The notes under the pieces: model-generated
Told to the model about the DNA's origin: nothing
Database searches by the model: none
Seen by the model: the letters and a program-made list of their open reading frames with translations, nothing else
Shown here: piece after piece, positions 63,991 to 64,000 of the stretch
How the letters are laid out: each line of letters opens with the position of its first letter
Position numbering within the stretch: the first letter of the stretch is position 1
Source: Iphione sp. A-MEVVRFRX5
Lineage: Eukaryota
Assembly (NCBI GenBank): GCA_976226885.1
Contig: OZ320323.1
Coordinates: 41,974,001-42,038,000 of the forward strand
Length of the DNA stretch: 64,000 nt
Direction of reading: 5' to 3'
Made by a program: the position numbers and the translations under genes

Positions 63991-64000
63991 GCGACTCCCA

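Overview
Animal (invertebrate-type, possibly cephalochordate or ambulacrarian; not determinable from this window) genomic scaffold with four N gaps. All recognisable genes are on the minus strand. (1) 1-5277: a young Ty3/Gypsy LTR retrotransposon with 5' LTR, tRNA-Leu primer-binding site, gag, a G-GGA-AAC -1 frameshift signal with hairpin, protease and RT-RNaseH-integrase. Only one frameshift interrupts it, and it is inserted into a Harbinger-like MITE. (2) 5611-6816: an unrecognised ~400-aa signal-peptide protein with beta-propeller-like motifs. (3) 19694-45454: the 3' half of a CaMKII gene. Five phase-consistent constitutive exons encode the linker and hub domain; the kinase exons were not found and probably lie beyond 64000. 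The introns hold several frame-preserving candidate microexons, including one inside the hub domain, a Penelope GIY-YIG fragment with a hammerhead-like core and a 15-bp direct repeat, a long foldback hairpin, minisatellites and many CTCF-like motifs. Most short ORFs in the supplied track are shadows of low-complexity DNA. All calls were made by hand, without database searches or RNA data.
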